Below, piece after piece: positions 12,262 to 25,258 of a stretch of 64,000 nt of DNA; positions within the stretch are counted from its first letter, which is position 1, and every line of letters starts with the position of its first letter. The notes beneath the pieces are model-generated. The model was not told the origin of the DNA. It saw only the letters and a list, made by a program, of their open reading frames with translations, and made no database searches. Position numbers and translations under genes: made by a program. This DNA comes from Eledone cirrhosa (lineage: Eukaryota): positions 22,506,001 through 22,570,000 of the forward strand of contig OZ024762.1 of assembly GCA_964016885.1 (NCBI GenBank), in the 5' to 3' direction.

Positions 12262-13390
12262 CCGCTACGTGGTGGGCTGGCCATGCCGTGGCTGATGATG
12301 CGCAGACACGCACTCGGGCTACGACATCTCCACCTCTTCCTCAACGCTGATCAGGTGTGGTCGCCGTTTGCTAGACGTGTCTTTCCCCAGCTCGTCTCCT
12401 TGACGGAGCTGCAGTCCTGGGTCAAGCGAAGACCGAGAGGGAGCGCTTGGAGACTGGAATGTCTTCAGGTGCTCACGGCCCTCGACCAGTCGGGAAATGT
12501 GATCGGTGGAAACTTCACCTTGGCGTTCTATAGAGGATTAGTGGAGAGGAAGAGCGACGACGTACTTGGGGAAACTCTAGGCGTCGACGAAAATCAAATA
12601 GCCAATCTCTTCGGAAGAACTTTCGGGCCGGGGCCTATGGACAAATTCCAGAAATCCCTGGCCTGGCAGTGCTACCGAGGAGCTTTGCCAGTTCGGGATA
12701 AACTCTACAGGCACGGAAGTGCCGTCAGCCGGGCATGTCCGAGATGCGCGCAGAGCGACGAAACCGTCCTGCATGCACTCGTCCAGTGTCCGAGCATTGT
12801 TGACTTGTGAGTTTATGTCGAACACCTGCTGTCGCGTGTAGAACGGAACCGGCTATCAGCTGAGTCCATCGTGAGGATTTCCCCGCCCTCTTCCTTTAGC
12901 CGGGAAGGGCAGGCAGTTTTTTATCTGTCTGGTGGCCATGGCGAAAGAGATAGTATGGTGGACGCGTCTGAAAGGGCTGAAGACGAGCACTTACCTCTTC
13001 GGTGATGCCCTGATTAACTTTTTTAAATTTCATTTGAAAAGGAAAATCAGGGTATAGAGGGAGGTGCTCTCCTCCCAGCATTTTGTTGAAAGATGGGTGA
13101 GAGAGGCAAGAATGGCCCGAGTGAATGGACCTACTCTGAGTATAAGTCTGTAAATTGAAGGTGGAAAACTGGGTCAGAGTCACCGTGGCTTTTTTTAATG
13201 GGCTTTCTCCACGATGGCCCTCAAAAGTCTCCCCCCCCTATTGGGGTATTTTTCATTGTTCTTTTTTTGTTACATCGTCTGTTTTTTTTTTATTACACGC
13301 AGCAATGTCCATTTGTACCGTCCTGTATTGTCCTGTACTGTCCTTAATGTCTACTTTGTGTAAACCCTTGTGGTTAATAAAGAAAGCATT
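12262..13390 (+). mobile_element. Tx1/L1-clade LINE 3' fragment with zf-RVT region
   Basis: GGLAMP...LAWQCYRGALPVRDKL...CPRCAQSDETVLHALVQCP; stops and frameshifts after 12810; AATAAA near the 3' end. Confidence 0.85.
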
Positions 13391-13401
13391 ATAATAATAA
13401 A

Positions 13402-13434
<33 letters not shown>

Positions 13435-13844
13435 TATTATTATTTATTGATACGAGATTAATTATGCACAGTTTTGTTCGATAGGTCATCAATTCTATCA
13501 TACAATCACTGCCAGCCCACACCCCACACCCCACACTCACCGTCATCTCGAATTAATGTTGCGGAACTCGGATTTGTTGCTTTCACACCTGTTTACACAT
13601 ACATAATAATGAAATATATCGCAACAACAACAACAGCAACAATACTAACAAATATATAAAACTAGCAAATATAAAAAAAGAAAAAATTATGTTGTGTATA
13701 TATATACAGTAGATATGTATATATACATGTATATATACATATATATACATGTATATATACATATATATACACACATATACTGTATATATATGTACACACA
13801 CATACTGTATATATATATATATATATATATTTATACACACACAT

Positions 13845-13906
<62 letters not shown>

Positions 13907-13957
13907 TGTATATATACACATATACACTGTATATATATATATATATTTATACACACA

Positions 13958-14004
<47 letters not shown>

Positions 14005-14024
14005 TGTATATATACACACACATA

Positions 14025-14065
<41 letters not shown>

Positions 14066-14098
14066 TGTATGTTTATATATATATATATACACACACAC

Positions 14099-14135
<37 letters not shown>

Positions 14136-14138
14136 TGC

Positions 14139-14171
<33 letters not shown>

Positions 14172-14201
14172 CATATATGCATATATGTATATATACATAT
14201 A

Positions 14202-14268
<67 letters not shown>

Positions 14269-14382
14269 TATATACTGTATATATGTATACACACATACAT
14301 ATACACGCATATATATCGGAACAACAATCTTTTCAAGAACCAACAATCCAACACGCTAACTCGAACTGTGAACTTGAACTCC

Positions 14383-15395
14383 AAACTTGACTATCAACAC
14401 ATGAACTGTGGAACTAGTACCAACTTTGACTATCAACACATGAACTGTGGAACTAGTACCAACTTTACTATCAACACACCAACTGTGGAACTAGTACCAA
14501 CTTTGACTATCAACACACAAACTGTGGAACTAGTACCAACTTTACTATCAACACACAAACTGTGGAACTAGTACCAACTTTACTATCAACACACAAACTG
14601 TGGAACTAGTACCAACTTTGACTATCAACACACAAACTGTGGAACTAGTACCAACTTTGACTATCAACACACAAACTGTGGAACTAGTACCAACTTTGAC
14701 TATCAACACACAAACTGTGGAAATAGTACCAACTTTGACTATCAACACACCAACTGTGGAACTAGTACCAACTTTGACTATCAACACACAAACTGTGGAA
14801 CTAGTACCAACTTTGACTATCAACACACAAACTGTGGAACTAGTACCAACTTTGACTATCAACACACAAACTGTGGAACTAGTACCAACTTTGACTATCA
14901 ACACATGAACTGTGGAACTAGTACCAACTTTGACTATCAACACACAAACTGTGGAACTAGTACCAACTTTACTATCAACACACAAACTGTGGAACTAGTA
15001 CCAACTTTGACTATCAACACACAAACTGTGGAACTAGTACCAACTTTGACTATCAACACACAAACTGTGGAACTAGTACCAACTTTGACTATCAACACAC
15101 AAACTGTGGAACTAGTACCAACTTTGACTATCAACACATGAACTGTGGAACTAGTACCAACTTTGACTATCAACACATGAACTGTGGAACTAGTACCAAC
15201 GTTACTATCAACACACAAACTGTGGAACTAGTACCGACTTTGACTATCAACACACAAACTGTGGAACTAGTACCAACTTTGACTATCAACACATGAACTG
15301 TGGAACTAGTACCAACTTTGACTATCAACACACAAACTGTGGAACTAGTACCAACTTTGACTATCAACCCATGAACTGTGGAACTAGTACCAACT
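14383..15395. repeat. 39-bp minisatellite (~26 copies, 38-bp variants)
   Basis: Unit aactgtggaactagtaccaactttgactatcaacacaca. Confidence 0.97.
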
Positions 15396-15599
15396 TGTCC
15401 ACTTACTCATGCCGCTACTATTTATATGTCGTGGTCCAGCCCATTCTGACCAGGGGCCACAGTACTCTCGCACAACAGGATGAAACGCAAAGGTCTGAAT
15501 GCATCAGATGCTTTCCATAGAAGGATAGAAAATTGACGGGCCAAGGAAACAATGTTTCCATTGGTCTTGCCATTGCTGATACGATCTACCAGTCGCAGC

Positions 15600-15722
15600 T
15601 CCTGGCTGTAGGGGCAACGTGAAGTAAAGTGACTTTCTGAAGGACACAACCCACCACCCTGTCCGAGCATTGAACTCGCAACCTCACGATTGCCAATCCA
15701 ACTCTCTAACCACTAAGCTACG
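15600..15722 (-). mobile_element. Diverged tRNA-SINE head related to the second family
   Basis: gcaacgtgaagtaaagtgac...ttgaactcgcaacc...ctctaaccactaagctac. Confidence 0.55.
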
Positions 15723-15807
15723 CCCCTTCATATTCTGGCCATGATTCTTGTAAATCTAAATCCGGGAAGCCATATGTTGTTTCTTTAAGTATGTATATAT
15801 ATATATA

Positions 15808-16290
15808 TGGTCCCGTAATTCCTGATATAATCGTAGGGGCGCCGTATTGGCATACGGGGTGGGGTTTCTTGGGCATTTTAAGCCAGGCGGAGCCCATCCT
15901 TCTCCAGGCCTGAGTACAGCAGATTTCTTCCAGAGAGAGATAGAAAGTGAGAGAGAGAAAATGAGAGAAAGAGATATAATGGAAGAATCCACCCCTGTAC
16001 CAGACTGGTACTTTTTGATCGCCCACGAAAGAATGAAGGGGAAAGTTGCCCTCGACGGGATTTGAACTCAGAGTGCAGAGAGCCGGAACGAATATTACAA
16101 AGCATTCTATCTGACGTTCTAATGACTCTGTCAATTTCCCACTTATATTTGTCAGATGTATGGTCCCTTAACTTCTGGGATAGCCGTAGGGGCACCGTAG
16201 TGAAATACGGCGTTTCTTGGGTATTTTAAGCCTACCGGAGATCATCCCTCACCAAGTCTGAGTACAGCAGATTTCTTAGAGAGAAAATAT
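15808..16290 (-). mobile_element. Composite SINE (main head plus alternative tail M) and a second tail M fragment
   Basis: Reverse complement of 24729-25055; tail M repeated at 16160-16290. Confidence 0.8.
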
Positions 16291-16399
16291 CAACCTCATT
16301 ATTAAACTCGTACCGGATTTCCCGGCGTCGAAGACATTATTTTTTCCCTAAAATAAGTTTAAAAAATCTACCATGCGTCTTGGAGGCCGAAAGTTGTTT

Positions 16400-16822
16400 A
16401 TTATTTATTTTTCAAAGGGTGGTGAATTGGCAGTATCGGTAGAGGGTTGGACGCCATGCTTTCTAGCATAGTTAAGTCCCTTTACGGTCTGAGTTCAAAT
16501 CCCGTCGAGGTAAACTTTGCCTTTCATCATTAAGGGGTCGATAAAATAAAGTACTAGTAATGACCTGGGTGATTGCTGGCCTTGTGCCAAAAGTAGAAAC
16601 AATTATTTATTTTTCAAAGGGTGGTGAATTGGCAGTATCGGTAGAGGGTTGGACGCCATGCTTTTTAGCATAGTTAAGTCCCTTTACGGTCTGAGTTCAA
16701 ATCCCGTCGAGGAAAACTTTGCCTTTCATCATTAAGGGGTCGATAAAATAAAGTACCAGTAATGAACTGGGGTAATTGCTGGCCTTGTGCCAAAAGTAGA
16801 AACAATTATTTATTTTTCAAAT
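16400..16822 (+). mobile_element. Tandem duplication of a SINE with its flank (~201-bp period)
   Basis: Two nearly identical copies, each preceded by ttatttatttttcaaa. Confidence 0.9.
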
Positions 16823-17284
16823 TTTTGGTTGTCAAAAATTAGGGTTCTAGCCTCGAGGAGGAAGCGTCTTCGGAGCCGCGAAATACTAGACTGGTACCTT
16901 TCTATCAACCACGAAAGGATGAAAGGTAAAGTTGACCTCGGCGAGATTTAAACTCAGAGAGCAGAGAGCACAGAACCGAAACGAACCCCACAAAGCACTC
17001 TATCTGACGTTCTAAGGACTCTTCCAATTCGCCGTCTTGAGTCCAACAACCTACTCGTTAGGCCAGCCACCCCTTCTTCATCTTATAAACTTATCAATCC
17101 TTAAAGCTACTTGATTCCGGTACTGGAAAATGCCGGATATAACACATTCTAATGGTATTTCCTGGTCCAATTCTTGTATAAACTAAATTACGTCTGAAAC
17201 AAATCTTGTTACATTCACTTAACAAACAACTAATAGAAAACCATTCTTCCCTATCATCTCCTTCTATTTCCTTCTCCCTTCCAC

Positions 17285-17305
17285 ACATTTCTCTTTCTCT
17301 CTCTC

Positions 17306-17376
<71 letters not shown>

Positions 17377-17792
17377 ATACACAGACACATGCACGGACAC
17401 ACAAACTCTCTCTCTCTCACACACACACATACAGACTCTCTCTCTCTCTCACTCACATACACACTCTCTCTTTCATACACAGACACATACACGGACACAC
17501 ACACTCTCTTTCTCTCTCACACACACACATACACACTCTCTCTTTCATACAAACACACATACACGGACACACACACACACACACTCTCTCTCTCTAACAC
17601 ACACATACACACTCTCTCTTTCATACACACACACACATACTCTCTCCCTGATACACACATACACACTCTCTCTTTCATAACCACACACATACAGGGACAC
17701 ACACTCTCTCTCACACACACATACACACTCTCTCTTTCATACACACACACATACGCGCACACACTCTCTCCCTCATACACACACAGTCTCGC

Positions 17793-17829
<37 letters not shown>

Positions 17830-17958
17830 TTATATATGTGTGTGTGTGTGTGTGTGTATAAACGCATATGTACAGTGCATAATTTGTTTGTATATATTGG
17901 CACATGATTAGACGTAAATCTATAGTCATTCACTCAATCACACGCACATACATATATT

Positions 17959-18051
<93 letters not shown>

Positions 18052-18070
18052 TTATATATATATATATATG
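17285..18070. repeat. (CT)n/(CA)n/(TA)n compound microsatellite
   Basis: Direct inspection. Confidence 0.95.
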
Positions 18071-18128
18071 ACTGCCAATACTGGAATTGAACCATCATGG
18101 CAGTTGAGATATGTCATACATCAATTCA

Positions 18129-18198
18129 TATATTTTATCTGACGAGGACGTACTGAAAAAACATCACAGTACCTCCGAAATATATATAATAAAATATA
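18129..18198 (+). ncRNA. Minimal hammerhead ribozyme (B2; element ~18070-18243)
   Basis: tatattttat CTGACGA ggacgtactg-loop-cagtacctcc GAAA tatata TA ataaaatata; 10-bp stem I. Confidence 0.9.
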
Positions 18199-18259
18199 TA
18201 TTTTGATTATGTGAACGTTTTCATTTATTAATATTTTGAATAATATATATATATATAGT

Positions 18260-18816
18260 CTAAATACTGTTTCCATATATATGAGTCCCGGGGGTTTAAT
18301 CGGGGATAACAACGGGAGGATTCATAATAGTACCACTGATGATGTCATAGATGTGTGATGAAAGAACTTTGATAGACTATATATATATATATATAGTATT
18401 TAAGTATCGAGAAAGAGAGAAAAAGAAGGGATAGGTGATACATATAGTTATTTACCAAGTAGCGTATGCCAAAGGTGCTCGATACTAGTGCCGGCAGTAT
18501 TAAATATTCGAAGTGTTAATATTTAGTGGGCTAGAGAGTTAGCAGAGCGTAAGCACGTGGGAAAGTAAGAAATCGGAGAATTCTCCGATATTTTACTTTC
18601 TCCGATTTTTTACTTTCTCCGATTTTTTACTTTCCCACGTGTATATATATATATACACATATCTGTATTTTTAACCGTTAGTCAATCAATGATAAACATT
18701 GATTGCCAGATAAATTAACTATGGAGATATAAAAGATACAGGAGCGAAAACCAATCCAAACGGAACAGTGAGTGTGTTTTAATATTATTTCTGGCAATAT
18801 TATAGCAATATGACCC
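18260..18816 (+). mobile_element. Family H Penelope 3' end (hammerhead 18331-18374) split by a nested insertion
   Basis: tacca CTGATGA t gtcat-agatgt-gtgat GAAA gaac TT tgata; homology to the reverse complement of 2283-2460 resumes at 18661. Confidence 0.75.
18396..18641. mobile_element. Nested tail-plus-hairpin element with internal ~17-bp triplication
   Basis: cacgtgggaaagtaagaaatcggagaa vs ttctccgatt...ttactttcccacgtg; TA flanks. Confidence 0.7.
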
Positions 18817-18890
18817 TTAACGGCCGAGCAGCCTAATTTGCATATCGAGTGAACTCACTCGATATGCAAATTAGGCTGCTCAGCCGTTAA
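18817..18890. repeat. Near-perfect ~36-bp-arm palindrome
   Basis: ttaacggccgagcagcctaatttgcatatcgagtga-ac-tcactcgatatgcaaattaggctgctcagccgttaa. Confidence 0.95.
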
Positions 18891-18945
18891 TTTTCATAAG
18901 GAAAGTATATACTTTCGAACGTTCAACCATCTGGCAGAAGGGTAT

Positions 18946-18988
18946 ACGGTGCTGATGATAGCTAAGAAGCTTGAAACTAGTACATTGT
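18946..18988 (+). ncRNA. Minimal hammerhead ribozyme (singleton)
   Basis: acggtg CTGATGA t agct-aaga-agct t GAAA ctag TA cattgt. Confidence 0.8.
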
Positions 18989-19276
18989 TCCTGTGTCAGT
19001 GTTGAACAAAAAGGTCACGTGGTTGCCTTAACACCGTACGGCATAAATTCAGGCTGTCAGTTTGTTTAGAAACGGACAAAGCGGGCGTTATAATAAACGT
19101 CCGCTAAACTGATACGTACATATATGTATGTGTACCTGTATGTATATATATATGTATATATGCATGCTACTGTACGTCTGTATACATATATGTATGTACG
19201 TATACATACATACTTACATTTATGTAAGTGCCGTACTAAGAGTGAGAAATGAAATTTCGTTTTCATTTTATTACAA

Positions 19277-19336
<60 letters not shown>

Positions 19337-19339
<3 letters not shown>

Positions 19340-20202
19340 GTAAATATTCTATGGCGGTTGTCGTGAAGAGATTGCTGTCGTTTATTTATCTACTATTTCT
19401 TTATAGGTGCCTTTTAATCTTATAGCCTGGTCTAATTGATTTTTTGTGTGGTTAATTATGCTAATTGGGAGAGGAAATGGTGTATATATACTATCAAAGG
19501 ATTCTATGGACATACTTTATAGTATATTGCTCTGATTATTTAATTTATTAATCCATCATTGAGCCACAACGTGAATGGCTGCCAGAACATATATATCTGT
19601 GACTTTGTCTAATTTGTGTATATGTAAATCTTTATATTTAATAATCTCCCATAAGTTTGAGATGCAATTTGGGCAATATTGGGCTGCGCTTTCTAGCAAC
19701 CAGCCCACTCGCCGTAAGCAACCAATCACATTCTTTCTGACTTGACCACTGCCACGTCACAGTCTTTAGATATTTTGAATTCGTTTCTGGCGGAGATCAC
19801 TTAAGAAAGTCCTTTGTCCAAATGAGTTTGTTTCCTGATGAGTTGGAAGCTCGAGATTTTATCCTTAATCGGATATTTCGGAAAGCGAACGAAACCCTAG
19901 TGTAGAAACGTGATCCTGGTATGTGTATATGCATTTTTTCTTCTAATTTTAATTTTATACCTAATTGTGTATGGTTGACGGTATATTTAATCGATTTCCA
20001 CGTGCTATTGAAATGTTGGGTAAATATTCTATGGCGGTTGGTCGCGAAGAGATTGCTGTCGTTTATTTATCTACTATTTCTTCATAGGTGCCTTTTAATC
20101 TTATAGCCGGGTCTAATTGATTTTTTGTGTGGTTAATTATGCTAATTGGGAGAGGAAATGGAGTATATATATTATCAAATGATTCTATGGACATACTTTA
20201 TA
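19337..20202 (+). mobile_element. Terminally redundant element: 680-bp unit plus ~185-bp direct repeat, in (TA)n
   Basis: 19337-19521 repeats at 20017-20202; internal hammerhead. Confidence 0.88.
19830..19909 (+). ncRNA. Hammerhead ribozyme with extended stem II
   Basis: gtttc CTGATGA gtt...aac GAAA ccctagtg TA gaaac; perfect 5-bp stem I. Confidence 0.8.
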
Positions 20203-20229
20203 ATATATATATATATATATATATATAAA

Positions 20230-20420
20230 GGAACGAGTAGGACCCCGACGGCTGAGCTCAAGCCGTTTCGACGGCTAATTCAGTCCAGAATTAGCCGTCG
20301 AAACGGCTTGAGCTCAGCCGTCGGGGTCCTACTCGTTCCTATTACCCACTCTACTACCCTAAGTACTGAGTACTTTGGTGCGTTATGGTCCACCTGGTTC
20401 CTTACCACATTTCTTCCGTT
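20230..20420 (+). mobile_element. Family A foldback element
   Basis: Matches 1567-1783; no poly-A loop. Confidence 0.9.
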
Positions 20421-20441
20421 ATATATATATATATATATATA

Positions 20442-20625
<184 letters not shown>

Positions 20626-20811
20626 CTTTGACGATGATATCTAACAAATATAATAAATATAAAGGATATAATTCGCTGGAAATCTCTCATTTGGTGTAAA
20701 AATGAGATAGGAAGATTTTTATATTTTTTGTACTGCCTTCTATTAATATTACAACAGTTCTCGCTTCATTTATACAAATGTCAAATTCATTTGTTGCATA
20801 TATATATATAT

Positions 20812-20856
<45 letters not shown>

Positions 20857-20923
20857 CTCTGTGTTTGTGTGTATATATTTATATTCATATACACGTTTCT
20901 ATCCATCTCACTCTCCCTCTCAC

Positions 20924-21015
<92 letters not shown>

Positions 21016-21128
21016 TCCATATTTATATATATCCATATATATATATATATACATATATATATACATATACATATATATATATATATACATATATACATAC
21101 ATACATATATATATATATACACATATAT

Positions 21129-21193
<65 letters not shown>

Positions 21194-21804
21194 CATATAT
21201 ACATACATAAATATATATACATATACATGCATACATATATATATATATACACAGACTCACACACACATCCACACACACACACATATATATATATATTACA
21301 CAAACCTTTCAGAAATTCAATTCCATTTACTGGAACTGTACCACAATGATAATGGGTTGTTGATTCTGTTTGTTTGCATTTGTTGGGGCTTTTTTTGCTT
21401 TGATACTTGTTTGTTTGTTATAGTATTGTTTGTTTTGTTTTCTTGTTGATGTTTTTGTCGTCTTTCTAATCACTATTATTATTATCATTGTTATTGTTGT
21501 TAATTTTTTTTTTTTTTAATCCTCGAAACACAATTGACGCAAGGGAAATGGTTTATGTTTTAGAGATTAAAAAGAAATGATAATGAAAATGCAACATCAA
21601 ATACAAATAACAACAACAACAACAACATAATAATTATAATAATAATAATAATAATAATAATAGTAATAATAATAATAATAATAATAATTGTTTCTCCTTT
21701 AAAGAATAGGCCGACAATTTTTTGAGGATGGGAAAGTCGATTAAATATACCCCAGTGCATCACTGGTGCTTTATTTTATCGACCCAGTAAGGATGGAAGG
21801 CAAA

Positions 21805-23190
21805 ACTATGGCCATGTGATTAGAATGTCCCAGGAAAGAATCCCTGGACAGATTTGTAGCTCGGAGATCAGAGAGTCACTCCAGGTAGAGCCGCTACTTC
21901 TCCGAATTGAGGGATCACAGTTCTGATACTATGGACATGTGGTTAGAATGTCTCAGGAAAGAATCACTGGACAGATTTGTAGATCAGAGAGTCACTCCAG
22001 GTAGAGCCACTATTTCTCCGAATTGAGGGATCACAGCTCCGATACTATGGACATGTGGTTAGAATGTCTCAGGAAAGAATCACTGGACAGATTTGTAGCT
22101 CAGAGATCAGAGAGTCACTCCAGGTTCAGCTGTTACTTCTCTGAATTTAGAGATGACAGCTCCGATACTATGGACATGTGGTTAGAATGTCTCAGGAAAG
22201 AATCACTGGACAGATTTGTAGCTCAGAGATCAGAGAGTCACTCCAGGTTCAGCTGTTACTTCTCTGAATTGAGAGATCACAGCTCTGATACTATGGACAT
22301 GTGGTTAGAATGTCTCAGGAAAGAATCACTGGACAGATTTGTAGCTCAGAGATCAGAGAGTCACTCCAGGTTCAGCTGTTACTTCTCTGAATTGAGAGAT
22401 CACAGCTCTGATACTATGGACATGTGGTTAGAATGTCTCAGGAAAGAATCACTGGACAGATTTGTAGCTCAGAGATCAGAGAATCACTCCAGGTTCAGCT
22501 GTTACTTCTCTGAATTGAGAGATCACAGCTCTGATACTATGGACATGTGGTTAGAATGTCTCAGGAAAGAATCACTGGACAGATTTGTAGCTCAGAGATC
22601 AGAGAGTCACTCCAGGTTCAGCTGTTACTTCTCTGAATTTAGAGATTACAGCTCCGATACTATGGAAATGTGGTTAGAATGTCTCAGGAAAGAATCACTG
22701 GACAGATTTGTAGCTCAGAGATCAGAGAGTCACTCCAGGTTCAGCTGTTACTTCTCTGAATTGAGAGATCACAGCTCTGATACTATGGACATGTGGTTAG
22801 AATGTCTCAGGAAAGAATCACTGGACAGATTTGTAGCTCAGAGATCAGAGAGTCACTCCAGGTTCAGCTGTTACTTCTCTGAATTTAGAGATTACAGCTC
22901 CGATACTATGGAATTGTGGTTAGAATGTCTCAGGAAAGAATCACTGGACAGATTTGTAGCTCAGAGATCAGAGAGTCACTCCAGGTTCAGCTGTTACTTC
23001 TCTGAATTGAGAGATCACAGCTCTGATACTATGGACATGTGGTTAGAATGTCTCAGGAAAGAATCACTGGACAGATTTGTAGCTCAGAGATCAGAGAGTC
23101 ACTCCAGGTTCAGCTGTTACTTCTCTGAATTTAGAGATTACAGCTCCGATACTATGGACATGTGGTTAGAATGTCTCAGGAAAGAATTGT
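21805..23190. repeat. 123-bp tandem array (~11 copies)
   Basis: gatactatgg at 22041, 22164 and onward; the 41-aa repeat ORF reflects the unit. Confidence 0.97.
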
Positions 23191-23384
23191 TGGACGGATT
23201 TTACAGGCAGGCGACCCAGGGGTAGAGCCTGAGCAAGATGGTTAGTTGGATAACATCCATGAGCTTGACTAGTCACGCTTGGGGATCCAGCCGGATCAGT
23301 TAGATATGGTTGCCTTTAACAGGGCCCACAGGGCGGCGTGTTTGAGGACTCTGTCCCCCACGACCCTCTCAGTAATAAGTGGGC

Positions 23385-23730
23385 GAAGAAGAAGAAGAAG
23401 AAGAAGAAGAAGAAAGAAGTGCGAGGTGAGAAGAAGAAGAAAGAAGTGCGAGACGGGAAGAAGAAGGAGGAGGAGGAAGAAGAAGTAGCACGAGAAGGAG
23501 AAGAAGACGAAGGAGAAGAAGACGAAGAAGAAGAAGAAGAAGAAGAAGAAGAAGAAGAAGAAGAAGAAGAAGAAGAAGAAGAAGAAGAAGAAGAAGAAGA
23601 AGAAGAAGAAGAACGAGAAGAAAACGAAAAAGAAGAATACGAAAAAGAAGAATACGAAAAAGAAGAAGAAAAAGAAAGAAGAAGAAGTATAAGAAAAAGA
23701 AGAAGAAAACGAAGAAAACGAAGAAGAAGA
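23385..23730. repeat. (GAA)n tract
   Basis: Direct inspection. Confidence 0.97.
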
Positions 23731-24169
23731 TGTTTTCTTTCTTAATGTAACCAGCCTTTTCACTTTTCTCCAGTTTGTTCCATTTCTCATTAGCTGTCTT
23801 CCCAACACTTCTTTATCTAACTAGATATTAGTGAGTTGTTGTTTTTTATTAGATTTGCATCATCAAGGCTTGTGTTAGCGAAGGTTTCTAAACTGAATTA
23901 TCTGTCAATCCTGCCAGACATTCTAAATAACCTCGGTATAAATTTTCCAAGTGATTGCTTACAACTTGTTGTCAATAGACAAAGAAATGTTGACTATAAA
24001 AATGCCATTCATAGATGAGTCCAGTCATGTTCAACATTTATCGTTTCAGATTTTTAAATGATTGCTTACAAACTATGGGGTACAACTCGATGTTGTGAAA
24101 AGAAAAACATCGAAAATTTGACTATATATACATAGCATTCATAATAGAGTCGAGTTTTGTATAACATTT

Positions 24170-24720
24170 CATCATCATAATCATCAGGTGGCCTCACCCG
24201 AAATCGACTCAACAATTGATCTCCACGTGGGTCTGTCGTTCATTGCCGTTGCCAAGTCCTTGGATTTTAATGCCAGAATCTCTGGAGATGACGTCGGGGT
24301 AAGGGAGCTTGCGCCCCCTGTTATTAGTGACTGTTAGTGGTTTCCAAAGCACTAATGGGGACACAGCCTTGTAGATGGCACGATGGCAGTGGCCAGTAAA
24401 TCGGGATAGGAGAGCTTGCGCCCCCTGTTATTAGTGACTGCTATGGTTTACAAAGCACTAATGGGGACACAGCCTTGTAGATGGCACGATGGCAGTGGCC
24501 AGTAAATCGGGATAGGAGAGCTTGCGCCCCCTTTTATTAGTGACTGCTATGGTTTACAAAGCACTAATGGGGACACAGCCTCGTAGGTGGAAACATGGCA
24601 GTGGCCAGGAAATCTTACTCTCCTTTTACGTACAACGACAGATATACTTGGGGGGCCAGCATATATCTCTCTTAAAGGCAGATGTCCCCAACTTATGTTC
24701 TGAATGCTTTTAGTGTAAGA
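24170..24720 (-). mobile_element. RTE-type LINE 3' end with internal ~107-bp tandem duplication
   Basis: Minus translation includes RRVRFPGHCH, LVLWKP, PYPDVISRD and MNDRPTWRSIV; (TGA)n-like tail. Confidence 0.75.
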
Positions 24721-24728
24721 GTATCATA

Positions 24729-25055
24729 GGCGGCGAATTGACAGAGTCGTTTTAACGTCGGATAGAATGCTTTATGGTTGCGGCTCTCGGCACTCTGTGT
24801 TCAAATCCCGCCGGGGTCAAATTTGCCTTTCATTCTTTCGAGGTCGATAAAAAAGTACCAGTCTAGTACTGGATTCGATTCTTTCTCTATATCTCTTTCT
24901 CATTTCCTCTCTCTCACTTTCTATCTTTCTCCAGAACAAATCTGCTGTACTCAGATCTGTATAGGGATGGGCTCCGCCGGTCTCAAAACGTCCGAGAAAC
25001 CCCGTATGTCAATACCGCGCCCCAACTACTCTTTCAGGAGTTACGGAACCATTCA
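24729..25055 (+). mobile_element. Composite SINE (main head plus tail M)
   Basis: A/B boxes and central domain, then ccagtctagtact...ttacggaaccat; further tail M at 25288-25550. Confidence 0.8.
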
Positions 25056-25070
25056 TACATAATATATATA

Positions 25071-25258
25071 ATTGTTTCTACTTTTTTTTGGCACAAGGCC
25101 AGCAATTACCCAGAACATTACTGGTACTTTATTTTATCGATCCCGAAAGGATGAAAGGCAAAGTGAACCTCGGCGGGATTTGAACTCAGACCGTAAAGGG
25201 ACGTAACTATGCTGGAAAGCATGGCGTCCGACTCTCTACCGATACTGTCAATCCACTG
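25071..25258 (-). mobile_element. Main-family SINE
   Basis: Full consensus match. Confidence 0.9.

Noticed and set aside
14383-15395. CRISPR-like look of the 39-bp array (also the 52-bp and 77-bp arrays)
   Set aside because: Contiguous tandem units with no unique spacers, no cas genes, eukaryotic context.
22023-23225. 400-aa repeat protein ORF
   Set aside because: Explained by a 123-bp (multiple of 3) tandem unit with a TTG start; edge units contain stops; no recognisable domain. A LINE origin on the minus strand is possible but not supportable by eye.
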